A stretch of 64,000 bases of DNA from Dermatophilaceae bacterium. GTDB taxonomy: Bacteria; Actinomycetota; Actinomycetes; Actinomycetales; Dermatophilaceae. Positions 8,331 to 16,774 of the stretch are shown here, in pieces. Numbering within the stretch: position 1 is the first letter of the stretch; every line of letters starts with the position of its first letter. The notes under the pieces were generated by a model. It worked only from the letters and a program-made list of their open reading frames with translations, searched no databases and had not been told where the DNA came from. The DNA lies in assembly GCA_044220505.1 (NCBI GenBank), contig JBGAQV010000001.1:586-64585 (forward strand), given 5' to 3'. Made by a program: the position numbers and the translations under genes.

Positions 8331-8403
8331 TGCCCCCGGCGCGAATCGAACGCGCGACACCCGCTTTAGGAGAGCGGTGCTCTATCCCCTGAGCTACGAG
8401 GGC
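8331..8403 (-). tRNA. tRNA-Arg (anticodon CCT)
   Basis: The reverse complement folds as a cloverleaf: acceptor GCCCTCG/CGGGGGC, D arm GCTC-AGGGGATA-GAGC, anticodon arm CCGCT-CTCCTAA-AGCGG, T arm GCGCG-TTCGATT-CGCGC, discriminator A. CCA is not encoded. Confidence 0.9.
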
Positions 8404-8959
8404 GGGGGGCGGGCACAGCCGCCGGGTCAAGGGTAGTCGCGCCGGGAGGTGCAACCAATCCAGCAGCGCGAGCGCCCCGCCCGTCATTGCACACGTCGGT
8501 CATGGCCCGCACGACATCGGACAGCACGTCGCCCACGAGCGCCAACTCGGCGTCCGATCGCGAGGCCAACACCTCCCGGATGGCCGCGGACAACGGCTGG
8601 AACGACGTCGATGCCAGATCAGCGGCGCTCGGGGTGATCTCGACGACCACCTTGCGCCCGTCGACGACGTGCGGGAGGCGCCGCACATGGCCGATGTGCT
8701 CGAGCCGGCTCACCAACGAGGTCACCGCCGAGGCCGACAGGTGCAACTCCGCCGCCAGCTGCGAAGGGGTCAACTCGGCCCCGTCGCGGGCGGCGTCGCT
8801 GATGATGCCCATCGCGGTGAGGTCGGTCGAATGCATCCCGAGGCGCTCACGGATCGCGTGTGAATACCGATCGGACTGCGTCGCCACGGCCCGAACGAGG
8901 CGCAGCACACGGGTCACGGCCGGCTGGCCCAGCCGCGCCTCGCCGTCCTCCCCTGCCAT
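8366..8959 (-). CDS. MarR family transcriptional regulator (CrtR-like by position, divergent from the carotenoid operon)
   Basis: 197-aa ORF with a MarR wHTH core LTPSQLAAELHLSASAVTSLVSRLEHIGHVRRLPHVVDGRKVVVEITPSA. The last ~13 codons overlap tRNA-Arg, and the TAA stop lies in the anticodon loop. Confidence 0.85.
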   Translation of the reverse strand: MAGEDGEARLGQPAVTRVLRLVRAVATQSDRYSHAIRERLGMHSTDLTAMGIISDAARDGAELTPSQLAAELHLSASAVTSLVSRLEHIGHVRRLPHVVDGRKVVVEITPSAADLASTSFQPLSAAIREVLASRSDAELALVGDVLSDVVRAMTDVCNDGRGARAAGLVAPPGATTLDPAAVPAPRPRSSGDRAPLS

Positions 8960-9078
8960 GCGAGCCTCCTATATGCTTCGATGGTCGAAATATCCACGGT
9001 CCTGCCGACGGTCTCCCCAGGCGCGGCGAGCCGGTGAGACCGACCCGCACCACGGCATACCGAAGGGCGAAGCCAAGC

Positions 9079-9765
9079 ATGACGCATCCCGAGGCTCCCG
9101 GCGCGACCACCCACGCCGCGATGGACGAGGCCGGTATGCCGTGCACCGCCCCTTCCGCGGACGGCGACGACGTGGTGCTGCTCGATGAGGGCGGTAACCC
9201 CATCGGTGCCGCCGACCGCCGCGCCGTGCACACCGACCGGACGCCGCTGCACCTGGCCTTCTCGACCTACCTTTTCGACGCCGATGACCGGCTGTTGCTC
9301 ACCCAGCGCGCCCACGACAAGGTGACCTGGCCGAGCGTCTGGACCAACTCGTGCTGCGGCCACCCGCGGCCGGGTGAAGACCCGAGGGAGGCGGCCAGCC
9401 GACGCATCCGCGAAGAGCTCGGCCTGCACGTCGACGCTGGCGAGTTGCGCTGTGTCGCACCGGATTTCAGGTATCGGGCGATCGACGCCCACGGCGTGGT
9501 CGAGCACGAGATGTGCCCGGTCTATGTCGCGCAGATCGACGGCAGCGCGCAGGATCCGCGCCGCGCCGACCCCGACGAGATCGCAGACTCGCGCTGGGTG
9601 CCCTGGCGCGAGGTCCTCGACCGGGCGACGAACGACCCAGCCAGCCTCAGTCCGTGGGCCGTGCTGCAGATCCCCCTCGTGGCCGCGGCTTGTCCACCCC
9701 TCAGCGAGCCCGAGGACGGCGGCGATTGCGTTGCCGAGGTGAGTGGCGCCGAGGGCAGCGGATGA
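9079..9765 (+). CDS. idi: Isopentenyl-diphosphate delta-isomerase, type 1 (Nudix fold)
   Basis: Lies inside ORF 8860... Homology begins after ATG 9079. Blocks LHLAFSTYLF, WPSVWTNSCCGHPRPGE (catalytic Cys) and HEMCPVY. Confidence 0.85.
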   Translation: MTHPEAPGATTHAAMDEAGMPCTAPSADGDDVVLLDEGGNPIGAADRRAVHTDRTPLHLAFSTYLFDADDRLLLTQRAHDKVTWPSVWTNSCCGHPRPGEDPREAASRRIREELGLHVDAGELRCVAPDFRYRAIDAHGVVEHEMCPVYVAQIDGSAQDPRRADPDEIADSRWVPWREVLDRATNDPASLSPWAVLQIPLVAAACPPLSEPEDGGDCVAEVSGAEGSG

Positions 9766-10904
9766 CCGACCTCGCCCCCGCCCCGCAGGTGCGCCGACCG
9801 CTCACCGACGCACAATCGGCCGTCGACGCCGCCCTGGCCGACGTCGTGACCGATCTCGGCCGACGGTGGCGTGCCCTCGCTCCTGACGGCTCGGGCGGGC
9901 CGGCCGACTCAGCCGGCGACGAACCCACCCCAAGCCTCACCGCCGACGACGTCCTGGGCTATCTCGTCGACTTCCTCGCGCGACCGGGCAAGCGCATTCG
10001 GCCGCAGATGTGTTTCTGGGGCTGGGCCTCGGTGCACGGCACCGACGCGGATCCGGCCACCAACGGGTATGCCGACATGGTCACCGCTGGTGCGGCTCTG
10101 GAACTCCTGCACGTCCTCGGGCTGGTCCACGACGATGTCATGGACGAGTCGGACCAGCGCCGGGGGCGGCCGACCGTGCACCGCCGCGCCGCGGCCGATC
10201 ACCGCAGCCACCGTGCCGACGGCGACCCCGACCGATATGGCGAGAGCATCGCCGTGCTCGTGGGCGACCTCGCCCACACCGAAGCCGTCCGCCTGGCGAT
10301 GACCCTCCCGCCGCCCATGCGCGAGGTCTGGAACACGCTGTCCCTCGAGTTGATGATCGGCCAGGCCACCGACCTCGCCGGAGCCGCGGGGCGTCGCCGC
10401 GACCTGGTCCACGCCCGCGCTATCGCCCGCACCAAATCCGGCGCCTACACCGTTGTCCGTCCCCTCGACCTGGGCGCGACCGCCGCCGGCGCTGACCCGC
10501 TCGTCCGCCAGGGGCTGGCCTGCTATGGACACCACGTCGGCGAGGCGTTCGCGCTGCGTGACGACCTGCTCGGTGCTTTCGGCAACATGAGCTCGACCGG
10601 CAAGCCGGTCGGCGACGACCTGGTCGCGGGCAAACCGACCGTGCTGCTCGCCCTCGCCGCCCAGACCGGCGACCCGGCGGTCCACGGCGCCCTGGCGCGC
10701 ATCGAGAACCGCTCGGTCACCACGGACGACGTGCCCGAGATCCAGGCCACCCTCGCCGCGGCGGGCATCCCCGACCGCGCCGAAGCGCTTATCGCCGACG
10801 CCACCGCCGCCGCGCTGCTCGCACTCGACACAGCGCCCATCCACCCCGACGCCCGCGAAGGCCTGGCCGACCTGGCCCGCTCGATCGCCTGGAGGACCGC
10901 GTGA
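9762..10904 (+). CDS. crtE: Geranylgeranyl diphosphate synthase (polyprenyl synthetase family)
   Basis: ATG 9762 overlaps the idi stop (ATGA). First Asp-rich motif LVHDDVMDESDQRRG and second motif GEAFALRDDLLG. Confidence 0.85.
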   Translation: MTDLAPAPQVRRPLTDAQSAVDAALADVVTDLGRRWRALAPDGSGGPADSAGDEPTPSLTADDVLGYLVDFLARPGKRIRPQMCFWGWASVHGTDADPATNGYADMVTAGAALELLHVLGLVHDDVMDESDQRRGRPTVHRRAAADHRSHRADGDPDRYGESIAVLVGDLAHTEAVRLAMTLPPPMREVWNTLSLELMIGQATDLAGAAGRRRDLVHARAIARTKSGAYTVVRPLDLGATAAGADPLVRQGLACYGHHVGEAFALRDDLLGAFGNMSSTGKPVGDDLVAGKPTVLLALAAQTGDPAVHGALARIENRSVTTDDVPEIQATLAAAGIPDRAEALIADATAAALLALDTAPIHPDAREGLADLARSIAWRTA

Positions 10905-12421
10905 GGGGCGCCAGCCGCGCCGGCCGGGCCAGCCGGACCAGCGACCCCACCCGGGCCAGTCGGGTTGTCGTCATCGGCGCCGGCCTCGCCGGCCTCTCAG
11001 CCGCCTGCTATCTACGCGCCGACGGTCACGACGTCACCGTCCTGGAACGCGAACCCCTCCCCGGCGGCCGCAGCACCCGCATCACCCAGGACGGCTTCGC
11101 CTTCGACATCGGGGCCACGGTCCTGACCATGCCCGGCCTCATCGACCACGCCTTGCGCCAGGTCGGCACCACCGTGGAACGCGCCATCCCGATGCGGCGG
11201 CTCGACCCGGCATACCTGGCTCGATATGCCGACGGCTCGACCCTGCGCGTCCGCGGCGACCGCGACAGCATGCGCGAGGAGATCCGCCGCGCCTGCGGCG
11301 ACCGCGACGCCGACGCCTTCGACCCCTTCGTCGCGTGGCTCGAACGCCTCTACGACCTCGAACTCCCGCACTTCATCGACGCCAACCTCGACCGGCCCTG
11401 GCATCTGGCCCGTCACCCGCTCGCCGCCGCCGAACTCCTCGCGACCGGCGCCTTCGGCAGCCTCGACCGCGCGGTCGCCCGCCGGTTCGCCGACGACCGG
11501 CTGCGCAAGCTCTTCACCTTCCAGGCCATGTATGCCGGTCTCGCCCCGACCGACGCCCTCGCGATCTACGCAGTCATCACCTATATGGACTCCATCGCCG
11601 GGGTCTACGCGCCCGAAGGCGGCATGTATGCCGTGCCCCGGGCCATGGCCGACGCTGCAGCTGGCGCCGGGGTGACCTTCCACTACGACACGACGGTTAT
11701 CGCACTGGCCCGATCCGGCGGCCGGATCAGCGGGGTCCAGCTCGCGACCGGCGATGTCGTGCCCGCCGACGCCGTGGTGTGCACGCTCGACCTGCCGACG
11801 GCATACCGGCTCTTGCTGCCCGACCTCAGTCCGCCCCGGGTGCTGCGCCGCGCGAAGTACGCGCCGTCCGCGGCGGTCTGGCACCTGGGCGTGCGCGGCC
11901 CGGCGCCCGACGGGGCAGCCCACCACAACATCCACTTTGCCGACGCGTGGGACAGCGCCTTCGACGAGTTGATCGACCAGCGCCGGATGATGACCGACCC
12001 GAGCCGACTCGTGACGATCCCGACCGTCGATGACCCTGCGCTGGCGCCGGCGGGCTGCTCGACCCTCTATGTCCTCGAGCCCGTGCCCAACCTCGGCGGG
12101 CCGACCGATTGGCGCACGGAGACACCGCGATTGCGCGATCGGTTGCTCAATTTCCTTGAGACGCAGGGATATCCGACCGACATCATCACCGAGCGGCTCT
12201 ACACGCCGCTGGACTGGGCCGCGATGGGGATGGCCGAAGGCACGCCCTTCGCGCTGGCGCACGCCTTCGGGCAGACCGGTCCGTTCCGGCCGGGAAATCG
12301 CGAAAAGCGGCTCCCCGGGCTGTTCTTCGCCGGCTCCGGCACGACGCCCGGCGTGGGCGTCCCCATGGTGCTCATCAGCGGCAAGCTCGCAGCCGCCCGG
12401 GTGCGGGACTACGCCCCGTGA
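10901..12421 (+). CDS. crtI: Phytoene desaturase
   Basis: GTG 10901 overlaps the crtE stop (GTGA). FAD fold VVVIGAGLAGLSAACYLRADGHDVTVLEREPLPGGRS, internal FQAMYAGLAP and C-terminal GLFFAGSGTTPGVGVPMV. Confidence 0.9.
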   Translation: MRGASRAGRASRTSDPTRASRVVVIGAGLAGLSAACYLRADGHDVTVLEREPLPGGRSTRITQDGFAFDIGATVLTMPGLIDHALRQVGTTVERAIPMRRLDPAYLARYADGSTLRVRGDRDSMREEIRRACGDRDADAFDPFVAWLERLYDLELPHFIDANLDRPWHLARHPLAAAELLATGAFGSLDRAVARRFADDRLRKLFTFQAMYAGLAPTDALAIYAVITYMDSIAGVYAPEGGMYAVPRAMADAAAGAGVTFHYDTTVIALARSGGRISGVQLATGDVVPADAVVCTLDLPTAYRLLLPDLSPPRVLRRAKYAPSAAVWHLGVRGPAPDGAAHHNIHFADAWDSAFDELIDQRRMMTDPSRLVTIPTVDDPALAPAGCSTLYVLEPVPNLGGPTDWRTETPRLRDRLLNFLETQGYPTDIITERLYTPLDWAAMGMAEGTPFALAHAFGQTGPFRPGNREKRLPGLFFAGSGTTPGVGVPMVLISGKLAAARVRDYAP

Positions 12422-13350
12422 CCGCCCCACCCAGCGCGCTCGCGCTGCAGCAGCCGTATGCCGTGTGCGCCCGGATCACCCGGGAGCACGGCACGACCTA
12501 CTTCTGGGGCGTGCAGTTGCTGCCCCGAGAGAGTCGCCGGCATGTCCACGCGATCTACGCCCTGTGCCGGGTGGCGGACGACATCGTCGATGCCGCGGGG
12601 GCCACGACGGCACGCGTCGAGCAGACCCGCGACGAGCTGCACGCCTTCCGCGACCGTTTCGACCGGGCCGTCGAGCAGGCCCGGTCCGGCCACGTCGAGC
12701 CGCCCGTCCAGGGCGCTCCGGCCGCCGCCCGCGAGGCCGCTGTGCTGGCCGCCGCTGCCGCCACCACTGTCGAGCTGGGTCTCACGACCGAGCCCTTCGA
12801 CCGCTTCTTCGGGGCCATGGCCATGGACCTCGACACGACGCACTACGCGACCTGGGCCGACCTCTGCGGCTACATGGAGGGCTCGGCCGCCGTCATCGGA
12901 GAACTCATGCTGCCGGTGCTCAGACCGCGCTCCGACGCGGCCTTCGAGCCGGCGCGCGCACTCGGCCTGGCCTTCCAGCTCACCAACTTCCTGCGCGACG
13001 TCGCTGAGGACCTCGACCGGGGCAGGGTCTACCTCCCGCAGGACGATCTCGCGCGGTTCGGGGCCGACCCCGCCCGCCGCGTCGCCGACCAGCAGTGGCG
13101 CGAGGCTCTCGCCTTCCAGATCGAGCGCAACCGGCAGCTGTATGCCGTGGCCGACACCGGCATCCCCCACTTGCCGCCCCGATCGGCCAGGTGCGTCGCC
13201 ACCGCCCGGCGACTGTATTCGGGGATCCTGGACCGCATCGAGGCGGCGGACTACGACGTCTTCTCGGCGCGCGCCCGGGTGCCCACCTGGCGCAAGGCCG
13301 CGACGGCCGCGGCGGTCTTCGTGACGGGAGCAGGGACAACTCAGCGATGA
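12418..13350 (+). CDS. crtB: Phytoene synthase
   Basis: GTG 12418 overlaps the crtI stop. Squalene/phytoene synthase blocks YFWGVQLLPRESRRHVHAIYALCRVADDIVD and GLAFQLTNFLRDVAEDLDRGRVYLP. Confidence 0.9.
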   Translation: MTAPPSALALQQPYAVCARITREHGTTYFWGVQLLPRESRRHVHAIYALCRVADDIVDAAGATTARVEQTRDELHAFRDRFDRAVEQARSGHVEPPVQGAPAAAREAAVLAAAAATTVELGLTTEPFDRFFGAMAMDLDTTHYATWADLCGYMEGSAAVIGELMLPVLRPRSDAAFEPARALGLAFQLTNFLRDVAEDLDRGRVYLPQDDLARFGADPARRVADQQWREALAFQIERNRQLYAVADTGIPHLPPRSARCVATARRLYSGILDRIEAADYDVFSARARVPTWRKAATAAAVFVTGAGTTQR

Positions 13351-14387
13351 GCCTCACAGAGAAGGTGTTGGCCCAGGTGCGGGCGCGCTCCCCGCTGCGG
13401 GTCAGGCCCGAGCCGCCGCTTCCCGCGCTCACGCCCACCTGGGCCGATGCCTCGGTGCGGCGCATCGCGGCGGCGCTCGACCGCGCCCAACAGCGTGATG
13501 CCGGAGGCTGGTTCGTCGTGGGGCGCAGCAGTGATGTGCCGGATGGGCCCCGGGCCGAGTCGATCACTCGGGTCGTCGCCGGCCGTGAGATCGCACTGTG
13601 GCGAGGCTCGGACGGCCGGCTGCATGCCGGGCCGGGGGCCTGCCCGCACATGGGCGCGCTGCTTGAGCGTTGCCCGGTCGTTGGTGAGACCGTGCTGTGC
13701 CGCTGGCACGGCATGGCCTTGGCCGACGGACGGCACGGCTACCGCGAGCACCCGGCATACGACGACGGAGTGCTCGCCTGGGTGCGGCTACCGACCTCGG
13801 GCGAGACCCCCGCGCCGACGCCCCGACTGACGCAGCGGCCCGACCCCGAGCGCACGATCGCCGCGGTCTATGTCGGGCGGATGCGCTGCGAACCGGCCGA
13901 CGTCATCGCCAATCGCCTCGACCCGTGGCACGGCGCATGGTTCCACCCGTATGCCTTCTCGCACCTCACAGTCGACGAATCTGCCTCGGACGCAGACCGA
14001 TTGGTGCTCGATGTCACGTTCCGGCTGGGCCGCACCTTCGGAGTGCCGGTGCGGGCGTCCTTCCACACCCCCGACAGCCGCACCATCGTCATGACGATCC
14101 TCGACGGCGAAGGCACCGGCAGCGTCGTCGAAACCCACGCCACGCCGCTAGGCACCGACCGCGACGGCGCCGCCATCACCGTGCTCACCGAGGCGACCAT
14201 CGCCACCTCCGACCGGCTCGGTTTCCGGATGCTCCGCCCAGCAGCGCGACTCGTGCGGCCGCTCATCGTCCGCACTGCGGCCGGCCTGTGGCGCGACGAC
14301 CAGGACTACGCCGAACGCCGGTATGCCGTGCGGCGGAATGCCGAGCGCCGCGGCGAGGCCGGCGTCGGCAAGGAGCGTCGTGGCTGA
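13347..14387 (+). CDS. Rieske [2Fe-2S] domain protein embedded in the carotenoid operon (same position as crtV in Streptomyces crtEIBV, from memory)
   Basis: ATG 13347 overlaps the crtB stop (ATGA). Rieske ligand motifs CPHMGALL ... CRWHG. The ~200-aa C-terminal domain has no assigned function that I know of. Confidence 0.75.
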   Translation: MSLTEKVLAQVRARSPLRVRPEPPLPALTPTWADASVRRIAAALDRAQQRDAGGWFVVGRSSDVPDGPRAESITRVVAGREIALWRGSDGRLHAGPGACPHMGALLERCPVVGETVLCRWHGMALADGRHGYREHPAYDDGVLAWVRLPTSGETPAPTPRLTQRPDPERTIAAVYVGRMRCEPADVIANRLDPWHGAWFHPYAFSHLTVDESASDADRLVLDVTFRLGRTFGVPVRASFHTPDSRTIVMTILDGEGTGSVVETHATPLGTDRDGAAITVLTEATIATSDRLGFRMLRPAARLVRPLIVRTAAGLWRDDQDYAERRYAVRRNAERRGEAGVGKERRG

Positions 14388-14781
14388 CCGCTATCAATAC
14401 CTCGTGCTCATGGCCGCCTGCGTGCTCATCACGCTGCCGCTGGAGTTCGTGCTGCGGGCGCGGATCTACCGCCGCCCGCGGCGCTATCTGGTGGCGCTGC
14501 TGCCCGTGGTCGTCGTCTTCTCCATCTGGGACGTCGTCGCGATCGCGCGCGAGCACTGGTGGTACTCACCGGCATACACGACCGGGGTGATCCTGCCGGC
14601 CGGCCTGCCGCTGGAGGAGCTCGTCTTCTTCGTCGTCATCCCGACCTGCGGGCTGCTCACCTACGAAGCGGTCGGCACCGTGCTCGGCTGGGTGCGGGGC
14701 TGGCGCGGGCGCGCGCGGCAGGCTCCCGACCGGCAGGGTCGTGCGAGGCAGGCGCGTCCGAGGCACGGAGGCGCGCCGTGA
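14380..14781 (+). CDS. crtYc: Lycopene cyclase domain protein (heterodimeric cyclase subunit)
   Basis: GTG 14380 with AAGGAG 5 nt upstream; overlaps the Rieske stop by 8 nt. Small 3-TM protein with the PLEELVFFVVIP block typical of CrtYc/CrtYd-type cyclases. Confidence 0.75.
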   Translation: MADRYQYLVLMAACVLITLPLEFVLRARIYRRPRRYLVALLPVVVVFSIWDVVAIAREHWWYSPAYTTGVILPAGLPLEELVFFVVIPTCGLLTYEAVGTVLGWVRGWRGRARQAPDRQGRARQARPRHGGAP

Positions 14782-15086
14782 GGGAGTACACCGTGTGGAG
14801 CGCCGTCGCGGTGCTCGTCGTCGTGGCACTCGAAGCGCTCTGGTTGCGCACCGGGCTCTTCGGCAAGGCTCAGTACTGGATCGCCATGGCGATCGTTTTC
14901 GCTTTCCAGTGTCTCGTCGACGGCTGGCTCACCAAGCTCTCGGCGCCGATCGTGCTCTATGCGCAGGACCACATGCTCGGCGTGCGGGCACCCTGGGACA
15001 TTCCTGTTGAGGACTTCGCCTTCGGTTTCGCGATGGTGACCCTCGCCCTGCTCGTGTGGGAGGCCCGACGTGACCAACCCGAATAG
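14778..15086 (+). CDS. crtYd: Lycopene cyclase domain protein (second subunit)
   Basis: GTG 14778 overlaps the crtYc stop (GTGA). 102-aa membrane protein with the DIPVEDFAFGFAMV block. Confidence 0.75.
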   Translation: MREYTVWSAVAVLVVVALEALWLRTGLFGKAQYWIAMAIVFAFQCLVDGWLTKLSAPIVLYAQDHMLGVRAPWDIPVEDFAFGFAMVTLALLVWEARRDQPE

Positions 15087-16773
15087 CACCGCCCGCACCG
15101 GCAGACCGGGTTTGGACCGCCGCGCCGAGCGCTGGGCGCCGGCCGCCCCGGTCGGCGAACCGCGCCCACTGCCGCCGGTCACCATCGTCGGCGGCGGCAT
15201 CGCGGGCCTGGCCGCCGCGACCGTCCTGGCCGAACACGGCGCCCGGGTGACCCTCCTGGAAGCGGCGGACACTCTCGGCGGGCGAGTGCGCTCCTGGCCG
15301 GTGACCAGCGCAGACGGTCAGACGCTCACCATGTCGCGGGGCTTCCACGCCTTCTTCCGGCAGTACTACAACCTGCGCGCGCTGCTGCGCCGGGCCGACC
15401 CCGAGCTGCGGTCGCTGGCCCCGGTCGAGGACTACCCCCTCGTGCACGCCTCGGGTCAACGTGACTCCTTCGCCAAGATCCCGCGACAGCCCCCGCTCAA
15501 CGTCATGGCCTTCGTGGCCCGGTCGCCGTCCTTCCGCTGGCGTGACCTGCTGCGCGTCGACGTCGGCGAGGCGATGGGGCTGCTCGACGTGGACTTCCCG
15601 GCGACGTTCACGGCATACGACGGGGTGAGTGCCGCGCAGGTGCTCGACCGGCTGCACTTCCCGGCCTCGGCCCGGCATCTGGCCCTGGAAGTCTTCGCCC
15701 GCAGCTTCTTCGCCGACCCGCGCGAGTTCTCCGGCGGCGAGATGGTGGGGATGTTCCACACCTACTTCCTCGGGTCGTCGGAAGGCTTGCTCTTCGATTG
15801 CGCCACCGACGATTTCGACACGGCGCTCTGGGCGCCACTCGCGGCCTACCTGCAGGAGCGAGGGGTGACGATCCGCACGGGGGTGCGGGCCACCGCCCTC
15901 ACCGAGACCGAGGCGGGCGTCGTCGTTCACACCACCGCGGGATCTACTGAAGAAGGCACTGACGGAGGCACTGAGCCAGGGCTCGTCGTCCTGGCTCTGT
16001 CGACCCAGGCCCTGCAGAGTGTCGTTGCGGGTTCGCCCTGGCTGGGCGACGTCGACTGGCGCGAGCGGATCGCCGCGCTGCGCGCCGCGCCACCGTTCGG
16101 GGTGCTGCGGCGCTGGCTGGGCCGGCCCGTGACGGCCGACACCCCGCCCTTCCTCGGCACGGCCGCCTTCGGGCCGCTGGACAACATCTCCCGCCTCGAG
16201 TCGCTGGAAACCGGTGCCAAGGCTTGGGCCGACGCCACCGGCGGCACGGTCATCGAGCTGCACGCCTACGCCATGGACGCGCCCGCCGATCACGTCAAAG
16301 CGGCGCTGTGGGACGAATACCTCCGGCTGCACCCCGTGTCGGCCGATGCCCCGATCGTCCACGAGGAGTGGCTGGTCCACGACGACTGCCCGCTCGTCGA
16401 CACCTCGCCGTGGGAGCGCCGGCCCACCGTGGCGACCCCCGACCCCCGGGTGATGCTCGCCGGCGATCTGGTGCGGTGCGACCTGCCGATCGCGCTCATG
16501 GAGCGCGCGGCGACGACCGGCATGCTCGCGGCCAACGCGCTGCTGGCCAGTCACGGCCACGAGGGCCAACAGCTCTGGTCGGTGCCGACCGGGGCCGTGC
16601 TGCCCGGCGTCGGCCCGGCCCGCGCCGCGCTGGCTCACCTGCCCAGACTCACCACACTGCCCAGACTCACGACACTGCCCGGTATGCCGTGGGCGCGCAC
16701 CGCCCAGCCCGGCCGGCGGCCCGAGGCAGCCGGCTCCATCGACAACGACCGACCGGAAGGCCAGGACCACTGA
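15070..16773 (+). CDS. crtU: FAD-dependent carotenoid desaturase, CrtU-like (isorenieratene synthase family)
   Basis: GTG 15070 overlaps crtYd by 17 nt. Dinucleotide fold VTIVGGGIAGLAAATVLAEHGARVTLLEAADTLGGRV and the block MSRGFHAFFRQYYNLRALLRR, which I associate with CrtU. Sits directly after the cyclase genes. Confidence 0.65.
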   Translation: MTNPNSTARTGRPGLDRRAERWAPAAPVGEPRPLPPVTIVGGGIAGLAAATVLAEHGARVTLLEAADTLGGRVRSWPVTSADGQTLTMSRGFHAFFRQYYNLRALLRRADPELRSLAPVEDYPLVHASGQRDSFAKIPRQPPLNVMAFVARSPSFRWRDLLRVDVGEAMGLLDVDFPATFTAYDGVSAAQVLDRLHFPASARHLALEVFARSFFADPREFSGGEMVGMFHTYFLGSSEGLLFDCATDDFDTALWAPLAAYLQERGVTIRTGVRATALTETEAGVVVHTTAGSTEEGTDGGTEPGLVVLALSTQALQSVVAGSPWLGDVDWRERIAALRAAPPFGVLRRWLGRPVTADTPPFLGTAAFGPLDNISRLESLETGAKAWADATGGTVIELHAYAMDAPADHVKAALWDEYLRLHPVSADAPIVHEEWLVHDDCPLVDTSPWERRPTVATPDPRVMLAGDLVRCDLPIALMERAATTGMLAANALLASHGHEGQQLWSVPTGAVLPGVGPARAALAHLPRLTTLPRLTTLPGMPWARTAQPGRRPEAAGSIDNDRPEGQDH

Positions 16774-16774
16774 C

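Noticed and set aside
8860-9761. N-terminal extensions offered by the ORF track for idi (8860), crtE (9513), the Rieske gene (13095), crtYc (14323), crtYd (14559), rimJ (33494), lacI (52165), the FGGY kinase (53652), CDF (47210) and others.
   Set aside because: The extensions overlap the preceding gene out of frame, are Arg/Pro-rich and precede the point where family similarity begins. In most cases the downstream starts form canonical ATGA/GTGA stop-start overlaps, while the CDF start at 47918 is supported by the onset of family similarity.
14929-16770. Very long ORFs antisense to, or out of frame with, recognised genes. Examples are 1800..3293(-), 5425..6303(-), 9909..10844(-), 11012..12430(-), 14929..16770(-), 18897..21284(-), 46080..47909(-), 53592..55436(-) and 62227..63867(-).
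   Set aside because: Their products are Arg/Pro/Gly/Ala-rich with no motifs. They lie opposite or overlapping ORFs that have clear family signatures and GC3 bias. They are the stop-codon-poor shadow frames expected in high-GC DNA.
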